This document shows, piece by piece, positions 28,686 to 41,642 of a DNA stretch of 64,000 bases. Positions within the stretch are counted from its first letter, which is position 1; every line of letters begins with the position of its first letter. The notes beneath the pieces are model-generated. The model had not been told where the DNA came from and ran no database searches. It worked only from the letters and a program-made list of their open reading frames with translations. This stretch comes from Patescibacteria group bacterium (GTDB taxonomy: Bacteria; Patescibacteriota; Patescibacteriia; CAIXNZ01). The stretch is from positions 128,568-192,567 of the forward strand of contig JAQTMG010000001.1 of the NCBI GenBank assembly GCA_028714455.1, given 5' to 3'. The translations under genes and the position numbers were made by a program.

Positions 28686-29162
28686 ATGCCTAAAGATAAA
28701 ACACCGATTTTTTTCACCAGTCTGGAAGATCTTAAGGATGATTTGGACCTCGAGAAGGAGGCCGGTCGTCGTATTTTGGAATTGCCTAATTCTGATTTAA
28801 ATCAGGGTGAGCAGTGGTTTTCCGAAGATTACGAAGGGCAACTATCCGTCGATGTTTTTCAGACAAGCGATAAGCTCGTGGTAAAATCTACAATCGCCGG
28901 GGTCAAGCCCGAGGACCTGGAGGTTTTTCTACATAATGATCTTCTGACAATCCGCGGCAAGAGAGAAAAAGAATTTGAAGAATCAGACGCGGAATATTTA
29001 TTTAAGGAGTGTTATTGGGGAGGGTTTTCCCGCTCGATAATTCTGCCATTTGAGGTTAAGGCCGATGAGATCATGGCCACTTATAAAAACGGCGTCTTAA
29101 CTGTTATTCTGCCAAAAGCGATAAAATCAAAATCAATCGCCGTACATGTTGAACAGGACTAA
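28686..29162 (+). CDS. Hsp20/alpha-crystallin family small heat-shock protein
   Basis: The alpha-crystallin domain is present, including the ...ATYKNGVLTVILPK motif. Confidence 0.85.
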   Translation: MPKDKTPIFFTSLEDLKDDLDLEKEAGRRILELPNSDLNQGEQWFSEDYEGQLSVDVFQTSDKLVVKSTIAGVKPEDLEVFLHNDLLTIRGKREKEFEESDAEYLFKECYWGGFSRSIILPFEVKADEIMATYKNGVLTVILPKAIKSKSIAVHVEQD

Positions 29163-29183
29163 TAAATATTTAGATTTATCCCG

Positions 29184-31052
29184 ATGAAAATAAAAGAAAT
29201 ATTAGGCATCAAAGAAAACAAAAAAAAGAAAAAGAATAATCGGTTAATAGCGATATTAACCATTTTTTTTATTTTCGTAGTTTTATTTTTGATTGGCGGA
29301 GCTTCCTCGTTGGCTTACCAATATATTTACAAAGACAAGATATACTACGGAGTCGAAATTGACGGAATCAGCTTTGGCGGCTTGGGCAAAGAAGCGGCCA
29401 GAGAAAAGATTAATCAGCTGGCAGACAATCTTAAGGCGCGGGGGCTGAATTTTTATTATAAGAATGAGAAATTCGTCGTCGATTTTAACGTTATTTCGCC
29501 CGTTGATCCTGACTTGGCTTATAACATATTATCCTTTGATGCCGAAGCGACGGCTAACAGAGCCTTCAAATTCGGCAGGAGCGGATCTGTCGCGTTAGAT
29601 GTGCTAGACCAAGTTTTCGCCTTATTCAGGAAGCAGGAGTTGAGGCCGTCTTTTATACTGAACGAAGAAGAGCTGTCCAAAATCTTGCGGGACAAATTCA
29701 AATCTTATGATAAGCCAGGCAAAAACGCCACTTTGAAATTTTTGCCGAGCGGAGAGATCACTATCGAACCCGAGAGTTACGGCGTCAGCATCGATTACGA
29801 TGCGGTTATCAGCGAACTAAAAAGTTCCGTTAATCTGAATTTCATCAATGATTTTAAATTGAAAACAAAGCTCGATTCTCCGACCGTCTCTAAGTCAGAG
29901 GCCGAACAGGTTTTGCCTGAAGTGAAAAGTTATTTGGCTTTTGAGAAAATCGATTTAACCTACCAGGGAAAAAAATGGGTAATTTACAATGACGAACTAA
30001 AAACATTATTGGCTTTTGTCAAGAAAAATAATAATACCACTTTGGCGTTTAATCGCGAGACGCTTTTGCAGAAACTCGACAGCATCGGCCAGAGCATTAA
30101 TGTCGAAGCGCAGGACGCCAGATTTGTCATGGCGGATAATAAGGTGGTGGAGTTCACGCCCGCGGTTTCCGGCATTCAGTTGGATACGGCTGCTTCCGCT
30201 GACAAGCTAGACGATGATTTTTTTAATAATAAAAAAACCGAGATTGAGCTTGTCGCCAAGGAATCAGAGCCCAAGGTGAAAACAGCGGACTCAAATAATT
30301 TGGGAATCAGAGAATTGATCGGGGCGGGCGTTTCGGATTTTTCGGGCAGTCACGTCAATAGGATTAAAAATATTAAGAACGCGGTTAATCACTTAAACGG
30401 CATCTTGATTCCGCCCGGTGAATTTAGCATTGTCGAGGCCATCGGCGAAGTTAACGCGGCGACTGGCTATTTCCCGGAGTTTGTCATCAAGGGAGATCGG
30501 ACCATTCCCGAATTCGGCGGAGGCTTATGCCAGATCGGCACGACCATGTTTCGAGTCGCGCTTTACAGCGGTTTGCCGATTACGGAGAGGCGGCCTCACT
30601 CTTACATTGTTTCTTATTACAGCCCGCTGGGCATGGACGCAACTATTTATGGACCGCATCCCGATTTAAGATTTATCAATGACACCGAAAATTATATTTT
30701 GCTCCGTATAAAAATCGAGGGCACCAAATTGACTTTTGAATTCTGGGGAACCGGCGACGGACGCAAAGTCGAAATAACTAATCCAGTTTTGTATAACTGG
30801 ACCGCCCAACCCCCTGATAAATTAGTTGAAAATCCCAAGCTCAAACCCGGTGATAAGAAATTGGCAGAAAGCGGCCGACGCGGCGCCGACGCCTATTTTT
30901 ATCGCTATATTACTTCACCTTCCGGCGAGAAAAAAGAAGAAGTCTGGCGAAGTCATTACCAGCCCTGGCCCAATATCTACGAAGTTGGTCCGGTAGTCGA
31001 AAGCGTAGCGTCTCCTGAAGTTAGCGTTGCCGCGCCAGAAATTAAAAATTAG
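29184..31052 (+). CDS. VanW-domain protein with N-terminal TM and C-terminal G5-like domain
   Basis: The VanW core reads ...IPPGEFSIVEAIGEV...GGGLCQIGTTMFRVALYSGLPITERRPHSY. A G5-like C-terminus (KPGDKKLAESGRRGADAYFYRY) follows. Confidence 0.75.
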   Translation: MKIKEILGIKENKKKKKNNRLIAILTIFFIFVVLFLIGGASSLAYQYIYKDKIYYGVEIDGISFGGLGKEAAREKINQLADNLKARGLNFYYKNEKFVVDFNVISPVDPDLAYNILSFDAEATANRAFKFGRSGSVALDVLDQVFALFRKQELRPSFILNEEELSKILRDKFKSYDKPGKNATLKFLPSGEITIEPESYGVSIDYDAVISELKSSVNLNFINDFKLKTKLDSPTVSKSEAEQVLPEVKSYLAFEKIDLTYQGKKWVIYNDELKTLLAFVKKNNNTTLAFNRETLLQKLDSIGQSINVEAQDARFVMADNKVVEFTPAVSGIQLDTAASADKLDDDFFNNKKTEIELVAKESEPKVKTADSNNLGIRELIGAGVSDFSGSHVNRIKNIKNAVNHLNGILIPPGEFSIVEAIGEVNAATGYFPEFVIKGDRTIPEFGGGLCQIGTTMFRVALYSGLPITERRPHSYIVSYYSPLGMDATIYGPHPDLRFINDTENYILLRIKIEGTKLTFEFWGTGDGRKVEITNPVLYNWTAQPPDKLVENPKLKPGDKKLAESGRRGADAYFYRYITSPSGEKKEEVWRSHYQPWPNIYEVGPVVESVASPEVSVAAPEIKN

Positions 31053-31071
31053 TTTCAATAGATTATTAAAC

Positions 31072-31113
31072 AAAAAAACATCCTGTACCGTACGGTGCAG
31101 GATGTTTTTTTGT
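31072..31113. terminator. intrinsic terminator (bidirectional)
   Basis: Hairpin catcctgtaccg/tacggtgcaggatg followed by a T-run. Confidence 0.7.
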
Positions 31114-31360
31114 TATTCCCAGAAATCAGCAGACAAGAAAACGTAAGTAAGGAGTAATCTAGCTGAAAGCCGGATTGAGTCCTCTCTTGCGTTCCCATGC
31201 TTATCGTGTCTGCTGGTTTTTAGGAACAAATCTTTTGATTTATCCCCAAAAAGTCGCTCAGCTGATTGACAATAGTTTTCAGGGGGAAGAAAAGCAATCG
31301 TCAATAAAGCAGTTGAGCGATATTTTAGTTTATCACAGAGAAAAAAACTTGTCAAGCGCG

Positions 31361-31966
31361 CTATTCAATTATCTTGTCAATCAGGCCGTATTCCTTGGCT
31401 TCCTTGGCGCTCAAGAAATAATCTCGGTCAGTGTCTTTTTCGATTTTTGCTTCCGATTGGTTCGTGTGTTTGGCCAGGATTTTATTGAGCAAATCCTTGA
31501 TTTTAAGAATGTGCTCGGCTCGGATTTTGACATCAGTCGCTTGGCCCTCGGCTCCGCCCATGACCTGATGAATCATCACTTCAGAATTGGGTAGGGCAAA
31601 TCTTTTACCCTTGGCGCCGGCTGCCAAAAGTACGGCGGCCATTGAGGCGGCGATGCCGACGCAAACCGTGGTCACATCCGGCCTGATATATTGCATAGTG
31701 TCATAAATTGCCAGACCGGCCGTGACAGAGCCACCCGGAGAATTAACGTATAGTTTAATATCTTTTTTTGGATCCTCGCTGTCGAGAAAAAGAAGCTGCG
31801 CGATAACCGTGTTGGCCACGGCGTCATCGATCGGCGAGCCGAGGAAGATGATCCTTTCTTTTAAGAGACGAGAATAAATATCGTAAGCTCTTTCGCCATA
31901 TGTAGATTTTTCTATGACCGTGGGGATTAGATATGAATCCCCTAATTCCTTATTTTTATTTTCCAT
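31361..31966 (-). CDS. clpP: ATP-dependent Clp protease proteolytic subunit
   Basis: [16 protein letters not shown]...GIAASMAA...MIHQ contains the Ser-His-Asp triad context. Confidence 0.9.
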   Translation of the reverse strand: MENKNKELGDSYLIPTVIEKSTYGERAYDIYSRLLKERIIFLGSPIDDAVANTVIAQLLFLDSEDPKKDIKLYVNSPGGSVTAGLAIYDTMQYIRPDVTTVCVGIAASMAAVLLAAGAKGKRFALPNSEVMIHQVMGGAEGQATDVKIRAEHILKIKDLLNKILAKHTNQSEAKIEKDTDRDYFLSAKEAKEYGLIDKIIE

Positions 31967-31984
31967 AAGTTTATGATTATTTAG

Positions 31985-32989
31985 TTAATTATTAACTTTT
32001 AGTTTGTTTATTATAGCATCGACGGCTGTTTTTTTCCAATCACCATCCCCCAAACCGCTTTTTTTAATTTTGAAACCCGCGGCCTTTTTATGACCGCCCC
32101 CTCCGAGATTGCGAGCGATCTCTGACAGATCAATAATGTCTTTTGTCGTACGCAGGCTGCCTTTAATAAATTCGTCATCTTCCTCGGTCAGGACCACGAT
32201 AAAATCCGGTTCAGAGAGCAGGCTAAAAAAGTTTGCGATTCCGTCTATCTCTTCTCTGCGAATTTGATTGGCGATGATATCGCCTTTTTCGATTATGACA
32301 TAGGCAAAGTTGTGTTTAGGATGTATTTCAGCTCTATCCAGTATGGTTCCCCAGAATTTTAAAGCCGATAAATTTTTATTTTGGGTAAGTCCGCTTATAA
32401 TTTGATTTGCCCTGGCGCCGAGTTTTATCAATTCGGCCGAGATCTTCATGCTCTCTTCGGTTGTGGCCGCGTTAGTGAAGTTCATGGTGTCGCTAAGAAT
32501 GCCGGTCAGGAGACAGGTCGCCATGTATTTATCTATTTTTATTCCGTTTTCAGCCAATATTTGGAAAACAATTTCGCTCGTCGACGAGGCGAGCTGGTTG
32601 ACTAAATTGTAGTCGCCAAAAAGATTATTGCTCTGATGGTGGTCGATGTTAATTACAATTTTTTTATTTTCCTCGCGGGTATTTAAGATTTCGTTTAGGC
32701 CGGTTCTTTCTATAGACCCGCAATCAATAATTATAAAAAGATCGTGCTCTGAAAAATCAACCTCTTTTTGATTAAACAGCATGTCTTCAATTTTTGGCAA
32801 AAAGCCAAAATAAGAGGGCGGGGCATCAACGCAAAAATGGACGAATGGTTTGCCGAGATTAGTTAAATATTGAGCAAAAGCCAAGCTAGCTCCCAAGGTG
32901 TCTCCATCCGGTTTCTCGTGGGAAATCAGAATCGGGAAGCGCGAATCTTTGATTGTTTTTAGGATATTTTTTGAGCTATTTTCTTTCAT
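31985..32989 (-). CDS. nrnA: DHH-family phosphoesterase (NrnA-like nanoRNase/pAp phosphatase)
   Basis: The DHH motif (IDHHQ), the N-terminal HEKPDGDTLGA and the DHHA1 motif GGGGHKKAAGF are all present. Confidence 0.8.
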   Translation of the reverse strand: MKENSSKNILKTIKDSRFPILISHEKPDGDTLGASLAFAQYLTNLGKPFVHFCVDAPPSYFGFLPKIEDMLFNQKEVDFSEHDLFIIIDCGSIERTGLNEILNTREENKKIVINIDHHQSNNLFGDYNLVNQLASSTSEIVFQILAENGIKIDKYMATCLLTGILSDTMNFTNAATTEESMKISAELIKLGARANQIISGLTQNKNLSALKFWGTILDRAEIHPKHNFAYVIIEKGDIIANQIRREEIDGIANFFSLLSEPDFIVVLTEEDDEFIKGSLRTTKDIIDLSEIARNLGGGGHKKAAGFKIKKSGLGDGDWKKTAVDAIINKLKVNN

Positions 32990-33021
32990 GAGTGGGCTTC
33001 AATCATTAACGAGTCAGATTA

Positions 33022-33360
33022 TCATTTGTTTCTGACTTCGTCAAGAAGCTCCTCGATTTTATTGGCATAAATTTCCTGTTCGTCGATAAGAAAGGACAGC
33101 TTGGGAGTGAATTTAGTTTTTAGATTTTTTGCCAGCCCACTTCTGAACATACCTGCCGACGAATTCATAATTTTGAGTGCCGTGCCGCGCATGTTGTCGG
33201 GGAGCACGGTGACGTAAGCTTTCGCGTATTTTCCATCGGGGCTGACGTCCACCTTAGTTACGGTCACCAAAAGATTCTCGGGAAATTCAACTTCCTTCGC
33301 AATGAGACTACCCAGAGCGTGCTTGATTGCTTCATTCAATTTTTCTGTTCGATTTGCCAT
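33022..33360 (-). CDS. rbfA: ribosome-binding factor A
   Basis: A 112-aa product with an RbfA-like KH fold. It sits co-directionally in the rbfA-nrnA-clpP cluster. Confidence 0.7.
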   Translation of the reverse strand: MANRTEKLNEAIKHALGSLIAKEVEFPENLLVTVTKVDVSPDGKYAKAYVTVLPDNMRGTALKIMNSSAGMFRSGLAKNLKTKFTPKLSFLIDEQEIYANKIEELLDEVRNK

Positions 33361-33576
33361 ATTTTATTTTAATTTAGCCAATTTTTGGCCATCAGACGTT
33401 GGCTTTTTGATTAACACGAAATTTCTTGACACTTTAAATGTTTAATGCTATGCTATGTTTAGCAGATAATTTCCCGCTATAATTAAGCAAAAAGTAGTGG
33501 GTTTTCAATACAAAATCCTAACTAAATAATAATTTATCAAAACTCGCCAGAAAAGACGAGAGGTGAGTTATTTTTT

Positions 33577-36500
33577 ATGTCTAACAAAATTTCCTCTTCA
33601 AATTTTACTCCCAGCCAAAAACACAAAGAAAGAAAAATGTTTGGCAATTTCCAAACCGTCATGCAAGTGCCTGACTTGGTAGAGGTTCAAAAGGATTCAT
33701 ATGCCTGGTTTATCAAAGAAGGACTGCGCGAGCTCTTTGACGAAATATCACCAATGAAGGATTTTGGCGGCAGAAATTTAGAACTCTCTTTTAAAGATTA
33801 TTATCTTGATGAGGCAAAATTTGACGAGAGGACATCGAGAGAAAAAAATATTACTTTCGAAGCTCCTCTGCGCATAAAAGCCGCTCTAGTCAACAAAAAA
33901 GATAATAAGAAGAAAGAACAAGAAATATATTTGGGAGATTTTCCCCTCATGACAGATCGGGGCACTTTTATCATTAACGGCATTGAGAGAGCGGTTGTTT
34001 CTCAAATAATCAGATCGGCCGGCGTTTTTTTTACTTCTAATTATCTTAGAGGTAAAAGATTCTACGGCGCCAAAATTATTCCGAATCGAGGCGCCTGGCT
34101 CGAGATCGAGACCGATTCCAACAACGTCATGTGGGTCAAGATCGATCGCAAAAGAAAAGTCGCCATCACTTCTTTGCTGCGCGCCTTTGGCTTTGCTACC
34201 GATGAAGAGATTTTAAATCTTTTTAAGGATGTTGACAAGCATCCCTCAATTAAATACATTGCCAGCACTCTCTTAAAAGACGCTGCCAAAAATCAAGACG
34301 AAGGTCTCATCGAAATTTATAAAAGAATCAGGCCGGGTGATTTGGCCACCGCTGATAACGCCAAGTCGCTCATTGAATCAATGTTTTTCCGCTATGAGCG
34401 TTATGATTTGAGCAAGGTCGGTCGTTATAAAATAAATCAGCGCTTTAAATACAATATTCCCAACAATAAAGAGACCAGAATTTTGCGCCGAGAAGATTTG
34501 ATCGACGTAATCAAGGAAATAATTCGACTCAATATTACCCAGGATGAACCAGATGACGTGGATCATCTTGGCAACAGAAGAATTCGGGCGGTCGGTGAAT
34601 TGATTCAAAATAGATTTAGAATCGGGTTGGCTCGCATGGAGAGAATCGTGCGAGACAAAATGAGTACCATGGATCTAGATTCCATGACCCCCAGTCGCTT
34701 GGTGAACGCCAAGCCAGTTATGGGCGTGGTCAAAGAGTTTTTTATGTCCAGCCAGCTCTCGCAGTTTATGGATCAGACAAATCCATTGGCCGAGCTTGAA
34801 CATAAAAGAAGAATTTCGGCCATGGGTCCGGGCGGACTTTCTCGCGAGAGAGCCGGGTTTGAAGTTCGTGACGTGCACACAACTCACTATGGCAGAATCT
34901 GTCCGATCTCAACGCCAGAAGGCCCGAACATCGGCTTGGTCGGACATCTGGCTAGCTATGCCAAAGTCAATGAATATGGCTTCATTGAAACGCCTTATCG
35001 TGTCGTCGAAAGAATCGCCCTTGATGACATTAAAGATACTGACAATAAAAAAATATTAGTTAAAAAAGGACAAAAAATTGATAAAGATGCTGTAGATCTT
35101 TTGAGAAGCAAAAAAATAAATTTCAGCGCCAAGGCCAGAGCTACTGAAGAGATTGTCTATCTCAATGCTATTCAGGAAGAGCGTTCAATCACTACGGCTG
35201 CTACCACGCCTCTTGACGAAAAAGGTTACTTTATCGAAGAAAGGGCCGAGGTCAGAAAATTTGGCAAGCCCGACATCGCCAACGTCGATCAGGTTGACTA
35301 TATGGACGTGGCCTCCAATCAGATAATCAGCATTGCGACTTCGTGTATTCCGTTTTTGGAGCATGATGATGCCGTCAGAGCTTTAATGGGCAGCAATATG
35401 CAACGCCAGGCCGTTCCTTTGATTAGACCGGGTGCGGCGCTGGTCGGCACCGGCATTGAAAAGATAGCCGCATTTTATTCTGGCCACGCCGCCATTTGTC
35501 AGGCCAGCGGTAAAATTTCAAAAGTTGACGGCTCGGGCATCGAGGTCATGGAAGATAACGGTAAAATTAAATTTTACGATTTAAATAAATTTCAGCGCTC
35601 CAACGCTTCCACTTGTATCAACCAGCATCCGACTGTGGCTCTGGGAGAAAAAGTCAAGAAAGGGCAGGTAATGTCTGACGGTCCGTCTATTAACGAAGGT
35701 GAATTGGCGCTTGGTCAAAACGCGCTAGTTGCTTTCATGGCCTGGGGCGGTTATAACTACGAAGACGCTATTATTATTTCCGAGAGAGTCGTACAGAAAG
35801 ATTTTTTTACCTCTATTCATATAGAAAATTACCCAATTGAAGTCCGCGAGACGAAATTGGGCCCGGAAGTCATTACCGCCGACATCCCAAATATCGGCGA
35901 GGAAAAATTAAAGAATCTCGATGAAAATGGAATCATTAGAATCGGAGCCGAAGTGACTTCGGGCGATATTTTAGTTGGAAAAATTACGCCCAAGGGCGAG
36001 ACCGAACTCTCGGCCGAGGAAAAATTGCTTCGCGCCATCTTCGGCGAAAAGGCGCGCGACGTGAGAGACAGCTCTTTATATCTGGAACACGGCGATCACG
36101 GCAAAGTCATCGACATTAAAATATTTTCCCAGGAAAAAGGCGACAAGCTGCCGCCGGGCGTGACGCAGATGGTTCAAGTATCAGTGGCGGATTTGCGCAA
36201 AGTCCAGGTCGGAGACAAAATGGCCGGCCGACACGGCAACAAGGGTATTATTTCCAAGATAATGCCTATTGAAGACATGCCTTTTTTGGCAGACGGAACT
36301 CCAATCGATGTAATCTTGAGCCCGCTCGGCGTTGTGTCTCGTATGAATCTGGGTCAAATTCTTGAGACTCATCTGGGTTTAGCCGCTAAACGACTTGGTT
36401 TTAAGGTCGCGACTCCGGTTTTTTACGGCGTTTCCGAAGAAAAAATAAAAGAACTTTTAAAAGAAGCCGGCTACCCAGAGGACGGCAAACTTATACTTTA

Positions 36501-36954
36501 CGACGGCAGAAGCGGTGAGCCATTTGGTCAAAAAAGCACAGTCGGCTGGAAATATCTAATGAAACTTAATCACATGGTCGAGGACAAGATCCATCAGCGC
36601 TCAATTGGCCCTTATTCTTTGATCACGCAGCAGCCGCTCGGAGGCAAGGCGCAATTTGGCGGACAGAGATTCGGCGAAATGGAAGTTTGGGCGCTGGAGG
36701 CATATGGCGCGGCTCACACCTTGCAAGAAATTTTGACCATAAAATCTGACGACGTGCCGGGCAGAGCCAAAGCTTATGAATCCATAATCAAAGGCGAGCC
36801 GATTCGCAGAGTCAACATTCCCGAATCTTTTAACGTATTGATTAGAGAATTAAAGGGTTTATGTCTGGACGTGGAATTACTAAAGCAAGGCGAGCCAATT
36901 GATGACAACCAGAAAAAGTATTCTAAAGAAAAGAAAAAAGAGGAGAAGGACTAA
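33577..36954 (+). CDS. rpoB: DNA-directed RNA polymerase subunit beta
   Basis: Conserved rpoB blocks are present ([24 protein letters not shown], the rifampicin cluster region [13 protein letters not shown]). Confidence 0.95.
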   Translation: MSNKISSSNFTPSQKHKERKMFGNFQTVMQVPDLVEVQKDSYAWFIKEGLRELFDEISPMKDFGGRNLELSFKDYYLDEAKFDERTSREKNITFEAPLRIKAALVNKKDNKKKEQEIYLGDFPLMTDRGTFIINGIERAVVSQIIRSAGVFFTSNYLRGKRFYGAKIIPNRGAWLEIETDSNNVMWVKIDRKRKVAITSLLRAFGFATDEEILNLFKDVDKHPSIKYIASTLLKDAAKNQDEGLIEIYKRIRPGDLATADNAKSLIESMFFRYERYDLSKVGRYKINQRFKYNIPNNKETRILRREDLIDVIKEIIRLNITQDEPDDVDHLGNRRIRAVGELIQNRFRIGLARMERIVRDKMSTMDLDSMTPSRLVNAKPVMGVVKEFFMSSQLSQFMDQTNPLAELEHKRRISAMGPGGLSRERAGFEVRDVHTTHYGRICPISTPEGPNIGLVGHLASYAKVNEYGFIETPYRVVERIALDDIKDTDNKKILVKKGQKIDKDAVDLLRSKKINFSAKARATEEIVYLNAIQEERSITTAATTPLDEKGYFIEERAEVRKFGKPDIANVDQVDYMDVASNQIISIATSCIPFLEHDDAVRALMGSNMQRQAVPLIRPGAALVGTGIEKIAAFYSGHAAICQASGKISKVDGSGIEVMEDNGKIKFYDLNKFQRSNASTCINQHPTVALGEKVKKGQVMSDGPSINEGELALGQNALVAFMAWGGYNYEDAIIISERVVQKDFFTSIHIENYPIEVRETKLGPEVITADIPNIGEEKLKNLDENGIIRIGAEVTSGDILVGKITPKGETELSAEEKLLRAIFGEKARDVRDSSLYLEHGDHGKVIDIKIFSQEKGDKLPPGVTQMVQVSVADLRKVQVGDKMAGRHGNKGIISKIMPIEDMPFLADGTPIDVILSPLGVVSRMNLGQILETHLGLAAKRLGFKVATPVFYGVSEEKIKELLKEAGYPEDGKLILYDGRSGEPFGQKSTVGWKYLMKLNHMVEDKIHQRSIGPYSLITQQPLGGKAQFGGQRFGEMEVWALEAYGAAHTLQEILTIKSDDVPGRAKAYESIIKGEPIRRVNIPESFNVLIRELKGLCLDVELLKQGEPIDDNQKKYSKEKKKEEKD

Positions 36955-36983
36955 ATAATATTTAAAATATTAAGCATAAAACG

Positions 36984-39900
36984 ATGATATTTAATCAAAC
37001 AAAACCCCTCGACTTTGACGCCATCAAAATAAGACTGGCGTCTCCGGAGGCGATAAAAGCCTGGTCGCATGGCGAGGTGACAAAACCAGAAACCATAAAC
37101 TACAGAACTCAAAAGCCAGAGAAGGACGGTTTGTTTTGCGAAAAATGTTTTGGACCCTCAAAGGATTGGGAGTGCTATTGCGGCAAGTACAAAAAAATTA
37201 GGTACAAGGGCATTGTTTGCGACAAGTGCGGAGTGGAAGTGACTCACTCCATGGTGCGCCGAGAAAGAATGGGCCACATTTCATTGGCCGCGCCGGTTTC
37301 TCACATCTGGTTTTTAAGAGGCGTGCCTTCGCGCCTGGGTTTGATTTTGGATGTTTCAGTCCAGAGCCTTGAGAAGGTGATTTATTTCGCCAGTTTTATT
37401 ATTACTAAAGTTGATGAGAATTTGAAAACTCAAGCCATTGAATCATTACGCGCGGAATACAAGAGCAAGAAAAAACAGATTGATAGCAATTTTAAAAATA
37501 GGATTAATCAAATAAAAAACGCCAAGGATCTCAAAGAGAAAAGCAGAGACGCCAAGATAGTTGAAATAAACAAGGAACGCGATCAGGAGCACGCGGAATT
37601 GGACAAGGAATTCAGCAGGACGGAGAGTGAGCTAAAAGAGCTGAAGCTGAAAAAGATCGTGGCCGAGGATGAGTATCAAGATATGTCTTTGAAATTCGGG
37701 CACATCTTTGAAGCCGGTATCGGCGCCGAAGCGATTTATCAGCTTCTGACGGAGATAGACATGAAAAAATTGGCCGCAAATCTTGAGACGGAGAAAGACA
37801 GCGCCATTGGCGCGAAGAGGGAAAGGGTCATAAAAAGATTGCGTCTCATAAAGAATCTCGCCAAGAACGATATTAGGCCGGAGTGGATGATTTTGCTGGT
37901 GATTCCCGTAATTCCGCCAGATCTTCGTCCGATGGTTCCGCTTGACGGCGGTCGCTTTGCCACTTCAGATCTCAATGATCTTTATCGCAGAGTGATAAAC
38001 AGAAATAACAGATTAAAAAAACTTAAGGAGCTAAACGCTCCAGAAGTAATTATTAGAAACGAGAAAAGGATGCTTCAGGAGGCAGTCGACGCGCTCATTG
38101 ATAACAGCGCCAGACACACCAAAACAACTAAAGCCTCAACCGGCCAGAAAAGACAGCTAAAATCTTTGGCCGACATCCTAAAGGGTAAACAAGGCAGATT
38201 TAGACAAAATCTTTTGGGTAAGAGAACTGATTATTCTGGACGCAGCGTCATTGTAGTCGGTCCTAACTTAAAACTTTATCAGTGCGGACTGCCCAAGCGC
38301 ATGGCTCTCGAGCTGTTTAAACCTTTTGTCATCAGCCAGTTAATAAAAAGGGAATTTGTTCATAACATCAGAAGCGCCAATAGGTTTATTGAAAGTGGCC
38401 GTTCAGAAGTCTGGGATATTCTGGAAGAGATCGTAAAAGATGCGCACGTGCTTTTGAACCGCGCTCCAACACTTCATCGTTTGGGCATTCAGGCTTTTCA
38501 TCCGATTTTGATAGAAGGCAAGGCGATCCAGCTTCATCCTCTGGTCTGTTCCGCTTTTAACGCAGATTTCGATGGTGACCAGATGGCCGTCCACGTACCG
38601 CTGACCGAGCAAGCCAGAACAGAAGCGAAAGAGCTTATGTTATCGTCAAAAAATCTTCTCAAGCCGGCGACAGGTAATCCAATCACGGCGCCCAGAATGG
38701 ACATTGTCTGGGGCTGGAATTATGTCACGACTCTAAAAGAATTCAAGCCAGAGCTAAGAGTCTTTTCTTCGCCAGACGAAGCAATTCTAGCTTTTAAATC
38801 AAGCGTGGTAGCCATAAATGAAAAAATAAAAGTCAGAATGTCAGTCGGTCATAAGAAAAAATCAGAATACCTTGAAACAAACGTCGGCCGGATATTTTTT
38901 AATCGCATCTTCCCTCAAGGTCTGCCTTATTACAATGAGCAGATAACCACGAAAAATTTGGGCGAGATTATCAAAAATTGTCTGGAAAATTTCGGTAAAG
39001 AAAGAACGGCCCAGATTCTCGACGACATAAAAGACGCGGGTTTTTATTACCTGACTTTAAGCGGTTATTCCTGGGGCATGGACGATCTGCCCGCTCTGCC
39101 AGAAAAAAAAGTCATTATCGACGAAGGAAATAAAATGATTGATGAGATAGACAAACAGTATCAGCAAGGTTTATTAACCAAGAGCGAGAGACACTCAAAG
39201 ATAATTGAAGTCTGGACCGCTATAAAAGAAAGGATTGTTCAGTTAGGTAAGGATAAACTTGATAAAAATGGTTCCGTCTATACCATGGTTATCTCGGGTG
39301 CCAGAGGTTCCTGGGCACAGGTGACTCAAATGGTTGGTATGAAAGGCCTGGTTTCTAACCCGGCCGGTGAAATTATTGAATTGCCCGTTAAGGGAAGTTT
39401 CAAAGAAGGCTTTGATGTGCTGGAATTTTTTATCTCGACTCACGGTTCCAGAAAAGGTCTGACCGACACGGCCTTGAGAACGGCCAACGCCGGTTATCTG
39501 ACTCGCCGTCTGATTGACGTGGCTCAAGACGTGGTGGTTAGAGAAGAAGACTGCGGCGACAGAGAAGGCATGATTTACACCAAGAAAGAAAGTGAGGAAA
39601 TCGGCGTCGATTTAATCGACCGCATCTGGGGCAGAGTCTGTACGGAAAAAATAGTTGATCCCAAGACCAAAGAAGTGATTATAGAAAAAGGTGGCATTAT
39701 AACGGAGGCCATCGCCAGAAAATTAAAGCCCCTGAATCTTGAACAAATTAAAGTGCGCTCGGTTTTGACTTGCAGAAAGAAAAAAGGAGTTTGTCAAAAA
39801 TGTTACGGTCATGATCTGGGCTATAACGAGATGGTAAAACTCGGCACAGCAGTGGGTATTATCGCGGCTCAAAGTATTGGTGAGCCAGGCACTCAATTAA

Positions 39901-40874
39901 CAATGAGAACTTTTCACACTGGCGGCGTGGCCGGATCAGATATTACCCAAGGTTTGCCAAGGGTTGAAGAGCTTTTTGAAGCGCGGCCGCCAAAGCGCAA
40001 AGCCTATATGGCGGAAGTTGAAGGCCTGGTTTCGATTTCTGACGCGCCGAAACAAATCGAGGACGAAAAAGGTAGAATCTTGTTAAGCACCGCGCGCGGA
40101 CAGAAGATAGTTAAGATAAAATTTGACGACGTTGAGGAAGATGTTTACCCGCTCAAGAATAAAAAAGCCGAACTTAAGGTTAAAGATGGTGAAAAAGTAG
40201 CCAAGGGCGCCACGCTTTTTATCAATGGCAGTGACGAGATCAGGGCAAAACGAGCCGGCCTGATAAAATTAACCGAAAAGACGGTTAAGGTTATCACTCA
40301 AGTTGAAAAGGATAAGGAATACATCATCCCGCCGGGCTACAGAATCTGGGTTAACAACGGCGATTTTGTTAAAAAAGGCGATCAGTTGACCGAAGGCAGT
40401 TTGGACCTGCATCAACTTTTCAAACTGCGCGGCAAGGGCGATATTGAAAAGTACATTGTCAAGGAAATTCAATACATCTACGCCTCTCAAGGCCAGCGTC
40501 TAAATGAAAAGCACATCGAGGTAATTATCAGACAGCTTTTTAGCAGAGTCATGATTAAAGATTCAGGTGAGACTAATATTTTGCCCGGAGAAATAGTTGA
40601 AAAATCAGAGGTCTACGAGGCCAATGATTTAGCCGAAAAAGAAGGCACCAAGCCAGCGACGTTTGAGGAATTATTTTTGGGAATTACCAAGGTTTCTTTA
40701 ACGACTCGCAGCTTCTTATCATCGGCTTCTTTTCAGGAGACCTCAAGAGTCTTAATCAATGCGGCTGTTTCAGGTAAGGTAGACAATCTCGAAGGACTTA
40801 AGGAAAATGTTATTATCGGTCGCTTGATTCCAGCTGGCACCGGGTTTAAAAAGAGTGCCAAAGACGAAGCCTAA
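36984..40874 (+). CDS. rpoC: DNA-directed RNA polymerase subunit beta'
   Basis: The N-terminal zinc finger (CxxC...CxxC), the NADFDGD catalytic motif and the trigger-loop region are present. Confidence 0.95.
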   Translation: MIFNQTKPLDFDAIKIRLASPEAIKAWSHGEVTKPETINYRTQKPEKDGLFCEKCFGPSKDWECYCGKYKKIRYKGIVCDKCGVEVTHSMVRRERMGHISLAAPVSHIWFLRGVPSRLGLILDVSVQSLEKVIYFASFIITKVDENLKTQAIESLRAEYKSKKKQIDSNFKNRINQIKNAKDLKEKSRDAKIVEINKERDQEHAELDKEFSRTESELKELKLKKIVAEDEYQDMSLKFGHIFEAGIGAEAIYQLLTEIDMKKLAANLETEKDSAIGAKRERVIKRLRLIKNLAKNDIRPEWMILLVIPVIPPDLRPMVPLDGGRFATSDLNDLYRRVINRNNRLKKLKELNAPEVIIRNEKRMLQEAVDALIDNSARHTKTTKASTGQKRQLKSLADILKGKQGRFRQNLLGKRTDYSGRSVIVVGPNLKLYQCGLPKRMALELFKPFVISQLIKREFVHNIRSANRFIESGRSEVWDILEEIVKDAHVLLNRAPTLHRLGIQAFHPILIEGKAIQLHPLVCSAFNADFDGDQMAVHVPLTEQARTEAKELMLSSKNLLKPATGNPITAPRMDIVWGWNYVTTLKEFKPELRVFSSPDEAILAFKSSVVAINEKIKVRMSVGHKKKSEYLETNVGRIFFNRIFPQGLPYYNEQITTKNLGEIIKNCLENFGKERTAQILDDIKDAGFYYLTLSGYSWGMDDLPALPEKKVIIDEGNKMIDEIDKQYQQGLLTKSERHSKIIEVWTAIKERIVQLGKDKLDKNGSVYTMVISGARGSWAQVTQMVGMKGLVSNPAGEIIELPVKGSFKEGFDVLEFFISTHGSRKGLTDTALRTANAGYLTRRLIDVAQDVVVREEDCGDREGMIYTKKESEEIGVDLIDRIWGRVCTEKIVDPKTKEVIIEKGGIITEAIARKLKPLNLEQIKVRSVLTCRKKKGVCQKCYGHDLGYNEMVKLGTAVGIIAAQSIGEPGTQLTMRTFHTGGVAGSDITQGLPRVEELFEARPPKRKAYMAEVEGLVSISDAPKQIEDEKGRILLSTARGQKIVKIKFDDVEEDVYPLKNKKAELKVKDGEKVAKGATLFINGSDEIRAKRAGLIKLTEKTVKVITQVEKDKEYIIPPGYRIWVNNGDFVKKGDQLTEGSLDLHQLFKLRGKGDIEKYIVKEIQYIYASQGQRLNEKHIEVIIRQLFSRVMIKDSGETNILPGEIVEKSEVYEANDLAEKEGTKPATFEELFLGITKVSLTTRSFLSSASFQETSRVLINAAVSGKVDNLEGLKENVIIGRLIPAGTGFKKSAKDEA

Positions 40875-41064
40875 AAGAATAATATAAACTAAAAAAATGC
40901 TCAACTTGGGCATTTTTTTAGTTGCAAAATTACTAAAATTAGCCGATTTTTGGTGGTATTTTTGCTAAAGCTAGCCAACTGGCAAGGGGTGGGTATTGAC
41001 AAATCATAGATTATATGATATGATTGTTAATTCTTTAAAAAATAATAGTTGGCAAAAAAATGGG

Positions 41065-41075
41065 GGTAGTAGTGG
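41065..41075 (+). repeat. 11-nt direct repeat ggtagtagtgg (left flank of the GC-rich island)
   Basis: An identical 11-mer lies at 43613..43623. Confidence 0.5.
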
Positions 41076-41344
41076 CGTTGGGTTCTAGATAGTTTCTGGC
41101 TTCGGCTCGAAATTGCCTAGACCTGATGTTTTTCTGGCAGGGCTCTAGCTCAAGGCCAGAAGTTCCGGTGCAAATCGGAACAATACCTCCAGTTTCTTGC
41201 CAATTATTTTGAGTCTCGAGTAAAGGGCTATTTGAGGCCCCCATCAAATAAAATGTACTTTTTACTTTTACCGGGGGAAACTCTAGCCCTTCATCGGGGA
41301 CTTAAATCAACAAATAAATAAAAGTTCCAAAGGAGGATCAGGTT

Positions 41345-41473
41345 ATGGAAGAAACCATCGGCGTTAACCCAAGTTTCTTTGATCCGGAGTCGGTCAAATC
41401 CGAAACCGGACTCGCGACGGCCACTTTCGATGGAGAAATGATCGAAATCGAAGAAGTCGTCATTGAAATCTAA
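41345..41473 (+). CDS. small acidic peptide (42 aa) with a strong Shine-Dalgarno sequence
   Basis: aaaggagg sits 9 nt before the ATG. The product is MEETIGVNPSFFDPESVKSETGLATATFDGEMIEIEEVVIEI, which is very acidic. Confidence 0.4.
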   Translation: MEETIGVNPSFFDPESVKSETGLATATFDGEMIEIEEVVIEI

Positions 41474-41642
41474 TTTAATCGGGAACCACCTGAAAAATCA
41501 TCTGGTTCCCTCCTCATTTCAGGATGGAATGTCTCTTGTAGATTATTTTATCCTGAAACGAGGAATAATAATTGTTCCTTTTATCTATAAAAAAGAGGAA
41601 AGGGAAAAAGTTTCGAATAAACCAAACCCAAGGAGGGGAAAA

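Noticed and set aside
31175-31594. 139-aa plus-strand ORF
   Set aside because: It lies antisense to the clearly conserved clpP gene. No Shine-Dalgarno sequence is present.
33801-40490. Numerous 60-90-aa ORFs on the opposite strand or in other frames within rpoB, rpoC, gyrA, infB and leuS
   Set aside because: They are embedded in highly conserved long genes and are shadow ORFs.
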